Below, in pieces: positions 1 to 10,536 of a stretch of DNA of 46,295 bases. The notes under the pieces are model-generated. The model ran no database searches and was not told where the DNA came from. It worked only from the letters and a program-made list of their open reading frames with translations. The translations under genes and the position numbers were made by a program. Within the stretch, counting starts at the first letter, position 1. Every line of letters begins with the position of its first letter. This stretch comes from Chloroflexota bacterium (GTDB lineage Bacteria; Chloroflexota; Limnocylindria; P2-11E): contig VBFI01000050.1 in the NCBI GenBank assembly GCA_005889275.1, forward strand, positions 1 through 46,295. The letters are read 5' to 3'.

Positions 1-128
1 CTCTCGAGACTCGGGTCGGTCCTTCCTCCGCCGCGTGGCCTCTAGAACATCCATTCTATCGCCCGAGTGCTCGCCAATCAAGCCCCGCGCAAGGAATCGC
101 GCATCACGAACGCGCTAACGTCGCGGCC

Positions 129-524
129 GTGGCCTGGAAGAGATCTCCACCCGAGCTCATCGCCGCGTTCGAGAAAGCGAAGCCGGACGACCCCGGCGTG
201 CAGTCGCGCCCGATGTTCGGGTATCCGTCCGTGTTCTGGAACGGAAACCACTTCGCGGGAACGTTCCAGGACAAGATCGTCGTGCGGATCGGCAAGGATC
301 CCGCGTTCGCTCCGGCGAAGACCGCCAAACCGTTCGAGCCGATGCCGGGGCGCGCGATGACCGGCTACATCGTCGTCCCGGACGCGATCGCGAAGAGCCC
401 GGCGAAGCTCCGCGAGTGGATCGGCGAAGCGCACGACTACGCGAAGACGCTCCCAGCGAAAGGCGCGAAACCGGTGAAGAAGCCCGCCATCCGGAAGACG
501 ACCGCGAAGAAGCCTCGCCGCTAG
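129..524 (+). CDS. TfoX/Sxy N-terminal domain family protein
   Basis: 131 aa; RPMFGYPSVFWNGNHFAG and PFEPMPGRAMTGY motifs typical of TfoX_N proteins; Lys-rich tail; TAACGT hexamer (116-121) 7 nt before the GTG. Confidence 0.8.
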   Translation: MAWKRSPPELIAAFEKAKPDDPGVQSRPMFGYPSVFWNGNHFAGTFQDKIVVRIGKDPAFAPAKTAKPFEPMPGRAMTGYIVVPDAIAKSPAKLREWIGEAHDYAKTLPAKGAKPVKKPAIRKTTAKKPRR

Positions 525-2425
525 CGGACCGGCATCCTCCGGGCGGCGAGCGAGATCGATGGCGTCTCCTCCGGGGCCGGCTGCTCCGTCGCGCTGATCA
601 CGACGCCCGCGGCGAGCGCGAGGATCGCGCCGACGAACGCCGCGAGCAGAAGGGCGCCCGCGCCGGGACGCGCGGCCGCGAGCGCGATGGGGGACCACGT
701 CTCGGCGAGCATGTAGAGCAGGATCGCACCGGCGGCCACGCCGGCGCCGACCGCGAAGACATAGAGCGCGAACCAGCGCTTCGGACGGCGCAGCAGCGTG
801 TCGAAGAACGTGCGCAGGAGGCGTGTCACCGTCCAGACCGCGAGCGCGGCGATCGTCCACGCGAGCATGGTCCCGATCCAGGTCTCGCTCGCGGCGCTCG
901 CCAGGCGTGAGACGAGATCCGTCATCTGCCCCCACACCACGGTCGGATCCAGCTGCATCCCGAGCGCGCCGAACCGGTCGCTCGGGTCCTGGAAGATCCG
1001 CAGCAATGCGGCCTTCGTGTCGGCCGCCCGTGCCGGATCGAAGAGCGTGTCGCGCGGGAAGAGGAGCCCGGTCTGCGCATATGGACCGAGGGACTGCACG
1101 CCGAGCGCGATCGCGAACACCATCGTGAGAAGCGCGCCGGTCGCGACCGTCAGCACGCCCAGCAACCCGAAGACCGCGGCGGTCGTGAGCACGAGCGCGG
1201 GAGCGAGCCCGAGTGGGGTGAGCACCGGCATGGCCATCGCGAGGCTGACCTGCTCGGGGGAGATGTCGCGAAGCCAGACGTAGACGCCGACGAGCGCGAA
1301 GAGGAGCGCGAGTCCCGGGACGAAGACGAAGATGAAGGCGGTCATCATCACCCAGGCGATCCCGAGCGCGATCCCGAGCTGCCCCGCGATGCCGACGACC
1401 GCGACGAGGCCCGCGGCGAGCAGCGCCCCGACGACCTCGAATCCGGCGAGCGTCGCCAGGGCGAACACCGGGAACGCGGCGAGGAACGCGAAGAAGGACT
1501 TCCGGATCGGTTGCCCGTACGCGGAGAAGAGCGCCACGACCGGGCTCTGCTCGGTCCTCGGAACGAAGTCCTGCAGGGGGTCGGCCATGACGATGCGCGT
1601 CGTCGCGAGCTCCTTGTCGATGTTCTCGATCCGCTGGAGCGCGACAGCGAGGTCGCTCGCCTTCGGGTACCGGAGGTTCGGCTGCTTCGCGAGCGCCTTC
1701 AGCACGATCGAGTCGAGCTCCTTCGGGAGGGACGGGCGCAGATGGCTCGGGGGCACGGGCTGGCGGACCACGTGATCGCGCAGCAGCACGGCCGCGTTCG
1801 TGCTCGTGAACGGCGGCTTCCCGACGAGGGCCTCGTAGACGACGAGGCCGAGGCCGTAGACGTCGGATTGCACCGTCGCGCCCTTCCCCTCGACGCGCTC
1901 GGGCGCGACATACATCGCGGTCGCGTACAGCTGCGGCGTGTCCGCATCCTCCTGCGGCGTGCGCGCGATGCCGAAGTCGCAGATCTTCGCGGCGTCGTTC
2001 GCGTCGAAGAGGATGTTGGAGGGCTTCATGTCGGCGTGGACGATGCCCTTGGAGTGCGCGAAGGCGAGCCCGTTGGCCACTTCGATCGAGACCCGCACGG
2101 CGTCGCTCGGCTTGAGCGGGCCCGCGCTCTCGATCCGCTCCTTCAGCGAACCGCCGGGTAGGTACTCCATGACGATGAACGGCGAATCGTCGACCTCACC
2201 GACGTCGTAGACGGCGACGATGTTCGGATGCGAAAGCTGCGCGAGGGCGCGCCCTTCCTTCACGAAAAGCTTGCGCAGATTCGCGTCGGCGGCCGCCTCC
2301 GGATCGAGGACCTTGAGGGCCACGTCGCGGTTCAGGGCTTGATCGCGGGCCAAGTACACCTGCGACGAGCCACCCACACCGAGCGGCTCCTCGATCTTGT
2401 AGCGACCTTGTAGTACCCGCTCCAT
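521..2425 (-). CDS. Hanks-type Ser/Thr protein kinase (non-RD) with multipass membrane C-terminal domain
   Basis: GVGGSSQV loop, VALK, HADMKPSN, DFG and YVAPE motifs, followed by many hydrophobic segments. Start placed at ATG 2425 (MERVLQGRY) behind a GGAG SD and TATAGT rather than at the ORF-track start 2563. Confidence 0.9.
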   Translation of the reverse strand: MERVLQGRYKIEEPLGVGGSSQVYLARDQALNRDVALKVLDPEAAADANLRKLFVKEGRALAQLSHPNIVAVYDVGEVDDSPFIVMEYLPGGSLKERIESAGPLKPSDAVRVSIEVANGLAFAHSKGIVHADMKPSNILFDANDAAKICDFGIARTPQEDADTPQLYATAMYVAPERVEGKGATVQSDVYGLGLVVYEALVGKPPFTSTNAAVLLRDHVVRQPVPPSHLRPSLPKELDSIVLKALAKQPNLRYPKASDLAVALQRIENIDKELATTRIVMADPLQDFVPRTEQSPVVALFSAYGQPIRKSFFAFLAAFPVFALATLAGFEVVGALLAAGLVAVVGIAGQLGIALGIAWVMMTAFIFVFVPGLALLFALVGVYVWLRDISPEQVSLAMAMPVLTPLGLAPALVLTTAAVFGLLGVLTVATGALLTMVFAIALGVQSLGPYAQTGLLFPRDTLFDPARAADTKAALLRIFQDPSDRFGALGMQLDPTVVWGQMTDLVSRLASAASETWIGTMLAWTIAALAVWTVTRLLRTFFDTLLRRPKRWFALYVFAVGAGVAAGAILLYMLAETWSPIALAAARPGAGALLLAAFVGAILALAAGVVISATEQPAPEETPSISLAARRMPVR

Positions 2426-2603
2426 TCCCAGCTCCGTACCCTTCCGCGGCGCACCGACTATACCCGCGGCTCTTCGTATAGCGACGTTCGTCAGCGGATT
2501 CGACATGACGTCACCGCCTTCCGCCCCACGCACCCCAGCGCATGTGGAACGACAGGCGAACAACCGCGTTTCGACTCGCCACCGAACGGATACCGACGCG
2601 ACG

Positions 2604-2635
2604 AGAAAACGCCGGACCGCAGGTCCGGCGTCTTC
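2604..2635 (-). terminator. Intrinsic terminator downstream of the 2653..3606 gene
   Basis: Perfect 10-bp stem ACGCCGGACC/GGTCCGGCGT (2609-2618/2622-2631) with a 3-nt loop, followed on the minus strand by TTTCTC; about 20 nt after the stop at 2653. Confidence 0.8.
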
Positions 2636-2652
2636 GATCTCTTGCGGCGGAG

Positions 2653-3606
2653 CTACCTGTCTTCTTTTGGCGCGGGGCTCGCGGGCGCGGGACTCTGGGG
2701 CGCCGCGGGCTTCGTGGTCCCGCCACCGGTGCGCGGGGTCATCTTCCGATCGACGAACGTCGCGATCTCGGCGGCGACCTTGTCCTTCAGCGTCTTCGTT
2801 TGGTCAGCGGTGAGCTTCTTGTCGCTCGCGGCCTGGTCGATCCGTGCGTTGGCCGCGTTCGTGAGCGCGGCGACGAGACCGTCCCGGCTCTTCCCGTTCG
2901 TCGCGTTCGCGATGTCGCCGAGGCTCTTTCCGGCCGCGAGCTGCGAGCGGAGGTCGGCGATCGGCACACCGAGGTAGCTCCGACCGGCCGCGAGCAGATC
3001 GCCGAGAACGCCCTTCACGTTGAGTGATGGCATCGCGGCGGTCGGCCGCACCGGCCACTTCCGGTCGACGAACTCGTTCACCTTGGCGGGGAGTCCGTCG
3101 CGAAGGGTCTTCGCTTGATCGTCGGTGATGCGCTTGTTCGCGAGGGCCTTGTCGATGTCGGCGTTGCCCGCGAGGCTCAGCGCCGCGACCAGGCCCGCCC
3201 GGTTCTTTCCGTTCGTGCCGTCGGCGATCGCCGCGAGGCTCGTCCCCGGCAGCTTCGCCTGAAGTTCCTTCGGGGAAAGGCCCAGGTACTGGGCCGACGT
3301 CGAGAGGAAGTCACGGAGCACCGCCTCGACCTTCGCCCGCGGTGAGCGATCGTTGACCGCGGCGAGGATCGTCGTCTCCTGGGTCTGGGTGATGACGCCC
3401 TTGGCGACGAGCCCATCGAGGAGATCCTTCAGCTTGTCCTGGGGCTTCGGCTTCTCCACCGCGGACTGGGCGCCGGTCGGGGCGACGAAGGCGCGCGTGC
3501 CGCCGCCGGTGTCCGGTGCGAACGCGGCGAGGGCGACCATTCCAAAGAGGCCGAGGCCCGCCACGCCGGCGCCGGCCGCGATCGCGAGCTTGCGGTGGAT
3601 ACGCAT
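2653..3606 (-). CDS. Exported hypothetical protein with two tandem helical repeats
   Basis: N-terminal signal/TM (KLAIAAGAGVAGLGLFGMVALAA); two ~90-aa units YLG..ELxxxL..GxSLxxIA..TNGKxRxGLVAAL...IDxA...KxxTxDQxKTL...FVDRK; Pro/Ala-rich tail; GGGGAG SD upstream. Confidence 0.75.
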   Translation of the reverse strand: MRIHRKLAIAAGAGVAGLGLFGMVALAAFAPDTGGGTRAFVAPTGAQSAVEKPKPQDKLKDLLDGLVAKGVITQTQETTILAAVNDRSPRAKVEAVLRDFLSTSAQYLGLSPKELQAKLPGTSLAAIADGTNGKNRAGLVAALSLAGNADIDKALANKRITDDQAKTLRDGLPAKVNEFVDRKWPVRPTAAMPSLNVKGVLGDLLAAGRSYLGVPIADLRSQLAAGKSLGDIANATNGKSRDGLVAALTNAANARIDQAASDKKLTADQTKTLKDKVAAEIATFVDRKMTPRTGGGTTKPAAPQSPAPASPAPKEDR

Positions 3607-3733
3607 CCTTCATCACTCCCCACGAGATTTCTCGCTAGGCGTACCACCGGTCTAACGCGCCGGTTTCGGTAACGGTGCATCCAGACAGGCGCCGCGTCCA
3701 CTCCTTACACGCGGTTAACATCCTGGGTGCCCC

Positions 3734-5149
3734 GTGCGCATCACGTTCGCGGCCGCCGAGGTCGCCCCCTACGCCAAGGTCGGCGGCCTCGCCGATGTCG
3801 CCGGCTCGCTGCCGCAGGCGCTGGCCGCGCTTGGTCACGACGTCCGCGTATACGTCCCGTATCACCGGACCATCGATGAGGCGAAGTTCGGCATCCCCGC
3901 GTCGGGCCGGACGCGCTCCGTCCCCTACGGTGCGGCGCACGCGCGGATCGAATACCCGGAGATCACGCGTGACGGCGCGCGCGTCGTGTTCGTCCGGAGC
4001 TTTCGCATCGGTCGCGACAAGGTCTACGGCTACCCCGACGACGCCAAGCGCTATGCGCTCTTCTGCCGCGCGGTCCTCGCCGACCTCGCGGACGGGCCGC
4101 CCGACGTCGTCCACGCGCACGACTGGCATGCGGCGCTCCTCGTCCCGCTCGCGGCGAAGGCGCGCGAGCTTCGCGGGTCGGCCACCGCGTTCACCATCCA
4201 CAACCTCGCCTACCAGGGGCGCACGAGCGCCGATGTCCTGCGGCTCGTAGGCCTGGCGCGGTCGCGTCTTGCGATCGAGGGCCGCGACGAAGCGAATCCG
4301 ATGGCGCGCGCGATCGCGGCCGCCGACGTCGTCTCGACGGTGAGCGAGCGGTATGCCGAGGAGATCCTCACGCCGGAGTTCGGCGAAGGACTCGACGGTC
4401 TTCTGCGCGAGCGGCGCGACGACCTCTGGGGCATCACCAACGGCATCGACACGAACTTCTTCGATCCCGCGCGCGACCCGCACATCGGGGCGCACTACAC
4501 CGCCGACGACCAGAAGGGAAAGGCCGCGTGCAAGGCCGCGCTCCAAAAGGAGACCGGGCTGTCGGTCGATCCCGCCGCCCCGGTGTTCGGAGTGATCGGC
4601 AGGCTCGTCGAGCAGAAGGGCGTCGACCTGCTCACCGCGGTCGCGCCGTGGCTGCTCGAGAAGGGCGGCCAGCTCGTCGTCCTCGGCACCGGCGAGCCTG
4701 CGTACGAGGCGAAATGGCGTGAGCTCGCCGCGAAGGCGAAGGGCAAGGCGGCGCTCACGCTCGGCTTCGACGCGGCGCTGGCGCAACGGATCTACGCCGG
4801 ATCCGACTTCTTCCTGATGCCATCGCGATTCGAGCCGTGCGGGCTGGGGCAGCTCATCTCGCTCCGCTACGGCACCATCCCGATCGTGCGGGCTGTCGGC
4901 GGTCTTGCGGACACCGTGCATGACCTCGACGCGCACGCCGGAAAGGGGAACGGGTTCTCCTTCGGCAAGTACGAAGCGGCCGCCTTCGCGGACGCGATCC
5001 AGCGCGCGCTCCACCGTTACCGTGCCGACGGCGAGCCGTGGTCGGCGCTGCGTGCGCGGGCGATGCGCGAGGACCACTCCTGGACCGCCTCGGCGAAGCG
5101 CTACGTCGAGATGTACGCGGCAGCGTCGAAAGCGCGGCGCGCGGCATGA
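3734..5149 (+). CDS. glgA: Glycogen synthase (GT5)
   Basis: EVAPYAKVGGLADV, HAHDWH, FTIHNLAYQG, RLVEQKG and MPSRFEPCGLGQL motifs. Confidence 0.97.
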   Translation: MRITFAAAEVAPYAKVGGLADVAGSLPQALAALGHDVRVYVPYHRTIDEAKFGIPASGRTRSVPYGAAHARIEYPEITRDGARVVFVRSFRIGRDKVYGYPDDAKRYALFCRAVLADLADGPPDVVHAHDWHAALLVPLAAKARELRGSATAFTIHNLAYQGRTSADVLRLVGLARSRLAIEGRDEANPMARAIAAADVVSTVSERYAEEILTPEFGEGLDGLLRERRDDLWGITNGIDTNFFDPARDPHIGAHYTADDQKGKAACKAALQKETGLSVDPAAPVFGVIGRLVEQKGVDLLTAVAPWLLEKGGQLVVLGTGEPAYEAKWRELAAKAKGKAALTLGFDAALAQRIYAGSDFFLMPSRFEPCGLGQLISLRYGTIPIVRAVGGLADTVHDLDAHAGKGNGFSFGKYEAAAFADAIQRALHRYRADGEPWSALRARAMREDHSWTASAKRYVEMYAAASKARRAA

Positions 5150-6234
5150 AGACCGACGTACGAGCCGCGATCGGCGAGCTCGAGGAGCTCATCGCCTCGC
5201 TCCCGACGGACGCGCGGGCCGCCGCGGAGCGGATCTTCGCGGTCACGACCTCGGTCGGCCGGCTCGATCCGCCGAGCGAGATGCACGACTGGATCACGAA
5301 GCAGTTCGGATCCGTCGAAGCCGTGACCTCGCAGCGCATCATCCGCGTCACGAACCTCGTCACGCTCGAGGGCGCGCTCTTCAACGAGCTCCGCGCGCTG
5401 CGGCCCGCCGAGGTGAAGGGCGCGAACGAGGTACGCGAGACGATCGAGCGGTCGCGAGGCGACCCGTTTGATCGTCCGGAGACCGGGACGCCGGCGGACA
5501 CGTTCGGCAGGATCCGGGGCGAGCATGGCATCACCGCCTCGAACATCGCGAAGTACGACGCCTACCACGGCGTCCTCGTGTTCGACGAGCACGATCCACT
5601 CGTGCCCATGGACGAGGCGGTGATCCGTGACCGCCTGCTCACGGCTCGCCGCTGGGCGCTCGCCGCGTCCGAGGAGGACCCCGCCGCGAACTACTACTTC
5701 CTCCTCTGGAACTGCCTGTGGCGCGCGGGCGGCTCGATCGTCCACGGCCACATGCAGATGACCGTCACACGCGGGATGCACTATCCACGGGTCGAGATGC
5801 TGCGACGCCGCGCGCTCGCGTACGACGAGGAGCACGGCCGCGACTACTTCGACGATCTGTGGCTCGTTCACGAGGCGCTCGGCCTCGGACACGATCGCGA
5901 CGGTGCCCGCGTCTTCGCATCGCTCGCGCCGATCAAGGAGAGCGAGGTCGTCGTCCTCGGACGAGCCGGCGAGGACGAGAGCGCCCTCGCTCCGGCTATC
6001 ACCCGGGTGATCGCCGCGTATCGTTCGCGTGGCGTCGTCGCGTACAACCTGGCGCTGCTGTTGCCGCCGCTCGCGGCCGATGGCAGCGACTGGCGTCGCT
6101 TTCCGCCACAGGCGCGCCTCGTCGATCGCGGCGATCCGGCGAACAAGACGAGCGACATCGGCGGCATGGAGCTGTACGCCGCCGGCGTTGTGGCGGGGGA
6201 TCCTTTCAGGCTCGCGGAGGTGTTGCGCTCCTAA
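5146..6234 (+). CDS. GalT/HIT-superfamily nucleotidyltransferase-like protein
   Basis: ATGA overlap with the glgA stop; NCLWRAGGSIVHGHMQM matches the GalT-type AGAS..HxHxQ catalytic loop; 362 aa. Confidence 0.7.
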   Translation: MKTDVRAAIGELEELIASLPTDARAAAERIFAVTTSVGRLDPPSEMHDWITKQFGSVEAVTSQRIIRVTNLVTLEGALFNELRALRPAEVKGANEVRETIERSRGDPFDRPETGTPADTFGRIRGEHGITASNIAKYDAYHGVLVFDEHDPLVPMDEAVIRDRLLTARRWALAASEEDPAANYYFLLWNCLWRAGGSIVHGHMQMTVTRGMHYPRVEMLRRRALAYDEEHGRDYFDDLWLVHEALGLGHDRDGARVFASLAPIKESEVVVLGRAGEDESALAPAITRVIAAYRSRGVVAYNLALLLPPLAADGSDWRRFPPQARLVDRGDPANKTSDIGGMELYAAGVVAGDPFRLAEVLRS

Positions 6235-6260
6235 CGCGCAGATCCGAGCCCAGAGTGCTA

Positions 6261-6290
6261 TTGACGCTCGCTTCCTCCCTTGCGTAGTGT
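6261..6290 (+). promoter_or_regulatory. Sigma70-type promoter of the Nudix-like gene (probably leaderless)
   Basis: TTGACG (6261-6266), 18-nt spacer, TAGTGT (6285-6290), 8 nt before GTG 6299; no SD. Confidence 0.55.
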
Positions 6291-6298
6291 GCGGGCCA

Positions 6299-6751
6299 GT
6301 GGCCGAACACTCATTCGTTTCTCGGCGAGACAACACCTTCCGCGAGTACCCGCCCGCGTCGGCCCAGCTCGCGATGATCGTCGCCTTCTACGGCGAGATG
6401 ACCGTGTGGATCCGCAAGCCGGACGCGGCCGGGTGGCACTTTCCGACGAGCGGCCGTAAGGCCGGCGAGACCATCCTCGAAGTCGCCAAGCGTGAGCTCT
6501 GGGATTCCGCGCGGATCGTGGCGCCCCGTCTCGACCTCCTCGGCGCGGTCCGCTACCTGACCCCGAAGTCGACCACCGCGTACGTCTACATGTGCGAGGT
6601 GAGCCACCTTTCCTGGTGGTACGAGGCACCGGACAGAGAGAAGGTCGCCGAGATGGGCATCTTCCGCGGCGCGCCCGCGCCGCTCGCTTCGACCTCGGTC
6701 GAGCTCGTCCTGGACGCAGCCCTGCGCGCCCGCCGCACCGGCCTGCGCTAG
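6299..6751 (+). CDS. Nudix-fold protein with degenerate Nudix box
   Basis: WHFPTSGRKAGETILEVAKRELWDSARI aligns to FPGGxxExGExxxxAAxRELxEETGL; 150 aa from GTG 6299. Confidence 0.7.
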   Translation: MAEHSFVSRRDNTFREYPPASAQLAMIVAFYGEMTVWIRKPDAAGWHFPTSGRKAGETILEVAKRELWDSARIVAPRLDLLGAVRYLTPKSTTAYVYMCEVSHLSWWYEAPDREKVAEMGIFRGAPAPLASTSVELVLDAALRARRTGLR

Positions 6752-6770
6752 GTAACGACCGCGTAACGAC
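6752..6770 (+). repeat. Direct repeat GTAACGAC x2 with 11-bp period (possible winged-helix regulator site)
   Basis: GTAACGAC at 6752-6759 and 6763-6770 in the intergenic gap. Confidence 0.4.
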
Positions 6771-6833
6771 GAGCGGGCGGACGGTCGCCAAAAACACCAG
6801 CTGGCATCCGGTTTGCGCTGCCCCGAAACCCTG

Positions 6834-7014
6834 ATGGACGAGGAATCCGCACGCCTGGTGAGGACCTGGGTCCGCCTTGCCGATGAGGCGACGGGTCGCC
6901 GCTCCGAGGAAGGCATTTGCGACCACTGCGGCAAGCGCGAGTACCTGAGCCCAGAGGGCGCGGAGCGTCTTTGCGTGCAGTGCTACCTCGACGGCGCGGC
7001 GGAGGCGCGACGGG

Positions 7015-7022
<8 letters not shown>
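6834..7022 (+). CDS. Small CxxC-CxxC zinc-finger protein
   Basis: 62 aa, MDEESARLVRTW...CDHCGK...LCVQC; fills the gap between the Nudix and M23 genes. Confidence 0.6.
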
Positions 7023-9275
<2,253 letters not shown>

Positions 9276-9279
<4 letters not shown>

Positions 9280-10484
9280 CCGATCCGGCGACCGTCAACT
9301 CACCGGGGTTCATCGACCTCCACGCCCACCTGCGTGAGCCGGGCTTTGAAGAGGCCGAAACGATCGCGACCGGAGCGCGTGCCGCGATTGGCGGGGGCTT
9401 CACCACGATCTGCGCGATGCCGAACACCGAGCCGGCGATCGACTCGCCGGGCCTCGTGGCCGAGCTCCTCTCGCGCGCGGCCGCGGCCGGCGGCGCGCGC
9501 GTGCTCGCGATCGCGACGATCACGCGCGGACGGCGGGGGAAAGAGCTCGCCGATCTCGTGGAGCTCGCCGCGGCGGGCGCGGTCGCGTTCTCGGACGACG
9601 GCGCGCCCGTCGAAGACCCGCGGCTCTTCCGGCACGCCCTCGAGTACGCGCGCACGCTCGGGCTGCTCGTCATCGAGCATCCGCAGGATCTCGCGCTCTC
9701 GGCGAAGGGCGTCATGCACGAGGGTGCGGTCTCCGCGCGGCTCGGCCTTCCGGGGATGCCCGCGGCGGCGGAGGAGACGGCGGTCGCGAGAGACCTCGCG
9801 CTCGCGCGTCTCGCCGGCGGCCGGCTCCACCTCACGCACCTCTCGACGGCCGGTTCGGTGGAGCTGGTGCGGCGCGCGAAGGCGGAGGGGATCGCGGTCA
9901 GCTGCGATGTCACGCCGCATCACCTCGCGATGACCGACACCTGGGTGGCGGGGTCGCGCGCGTTCGCCTGGGAGGATCCACACAAGATCCCGTCCGCGCC
10001 GCCGTACGAGTCGTCGACGAAGGTGAACCCACCGCTGCGCACGCTCGCCGACGTCCGCGCCCTCTGGGAGGGCCTCGCCGACGGGACGATCGACGCGATC
10101 GCGACGGATCACGCGCCGCATGCCTCGGTGCGCAAGGACGTGGAGTACGACCAGGCGGCATTCGGGATCTCCGGTCTCGAGACCGCGCTGCCGCTGGTCC
10201 TCGGCGGCGTGCGTGCCGGCTGGGCGTCGCTCGAGGTGGTCCTCGGCGCGCTGACGACCGGCCCGGCGCGGGTCCTCGGCATCGAGCTGCCATCGGGCGA
10301 CCGGCTCGTCGTCGAGCCGGACCACGAATGGACCGTGACCGCGGAAGGCCTCATCTCGAAGGGGAAGAACACGCCGCTCCTCGGACGGACGCTTCAGGGC
10401 CGCGTTCGAGACGTCGCGATCGGTCGCGCGCGAATGGAGAAGAAAGGTGCGGGTCTCGGTGCGGAAGCGATCGCCGGTCGCTGA
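9276..10484 (+). CDS. pyrC: Dihydroorotase (type I)
   Basis: PGFIDLHAHLREPG, CAMPNT, FSDDG, KVNPPLR, ATDHAPH and FGISGLET motifs; GTGA overlap with pyrB. Confidence 0.93.
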
Positions 10485-10496
10485 GCTCGAAGGGCA

Positions 10497-10535
10497 GTTG
10501 CATCTTTATGCACCATCGACGTATAGTTATGCATC
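10497..10535 (+). promoter_or_regulatory. Tandem ARG boxes (ArgR operator) overlapping an internal carAB promoter
   Basis: GTTGCATCTTTATGCACC (10497-10514), 3-bp gap, GACGTATAGTTATGCATC (10518-10535): the canonical 18+3+18 layout of TGCATnnnnATGCA palindromes. They overlap TTGCAT (10498-10503) and TATAGT (10522-10527). AT-rich island in GC-rich DNA. Confidence 0.8.
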
Positions 10536-10536
10536 G

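Noticed and set aside
1-60. Minus-strand TAGAAT hexamer followed by a purine-rich stretch (possible leader RNA or start of a gene leaving the window)
   Set aside because: Truncated by the window edge; too little sequence to call a T-box, riboswitch or CDS.
2505-2560. Imperfect GC-rich hairpin between the terminator and the kinase promoter
   Set aside because: Needs several G-U pairs and bulges; such pairing is expected by chance at this GC content and matches no RNA family I recognise.
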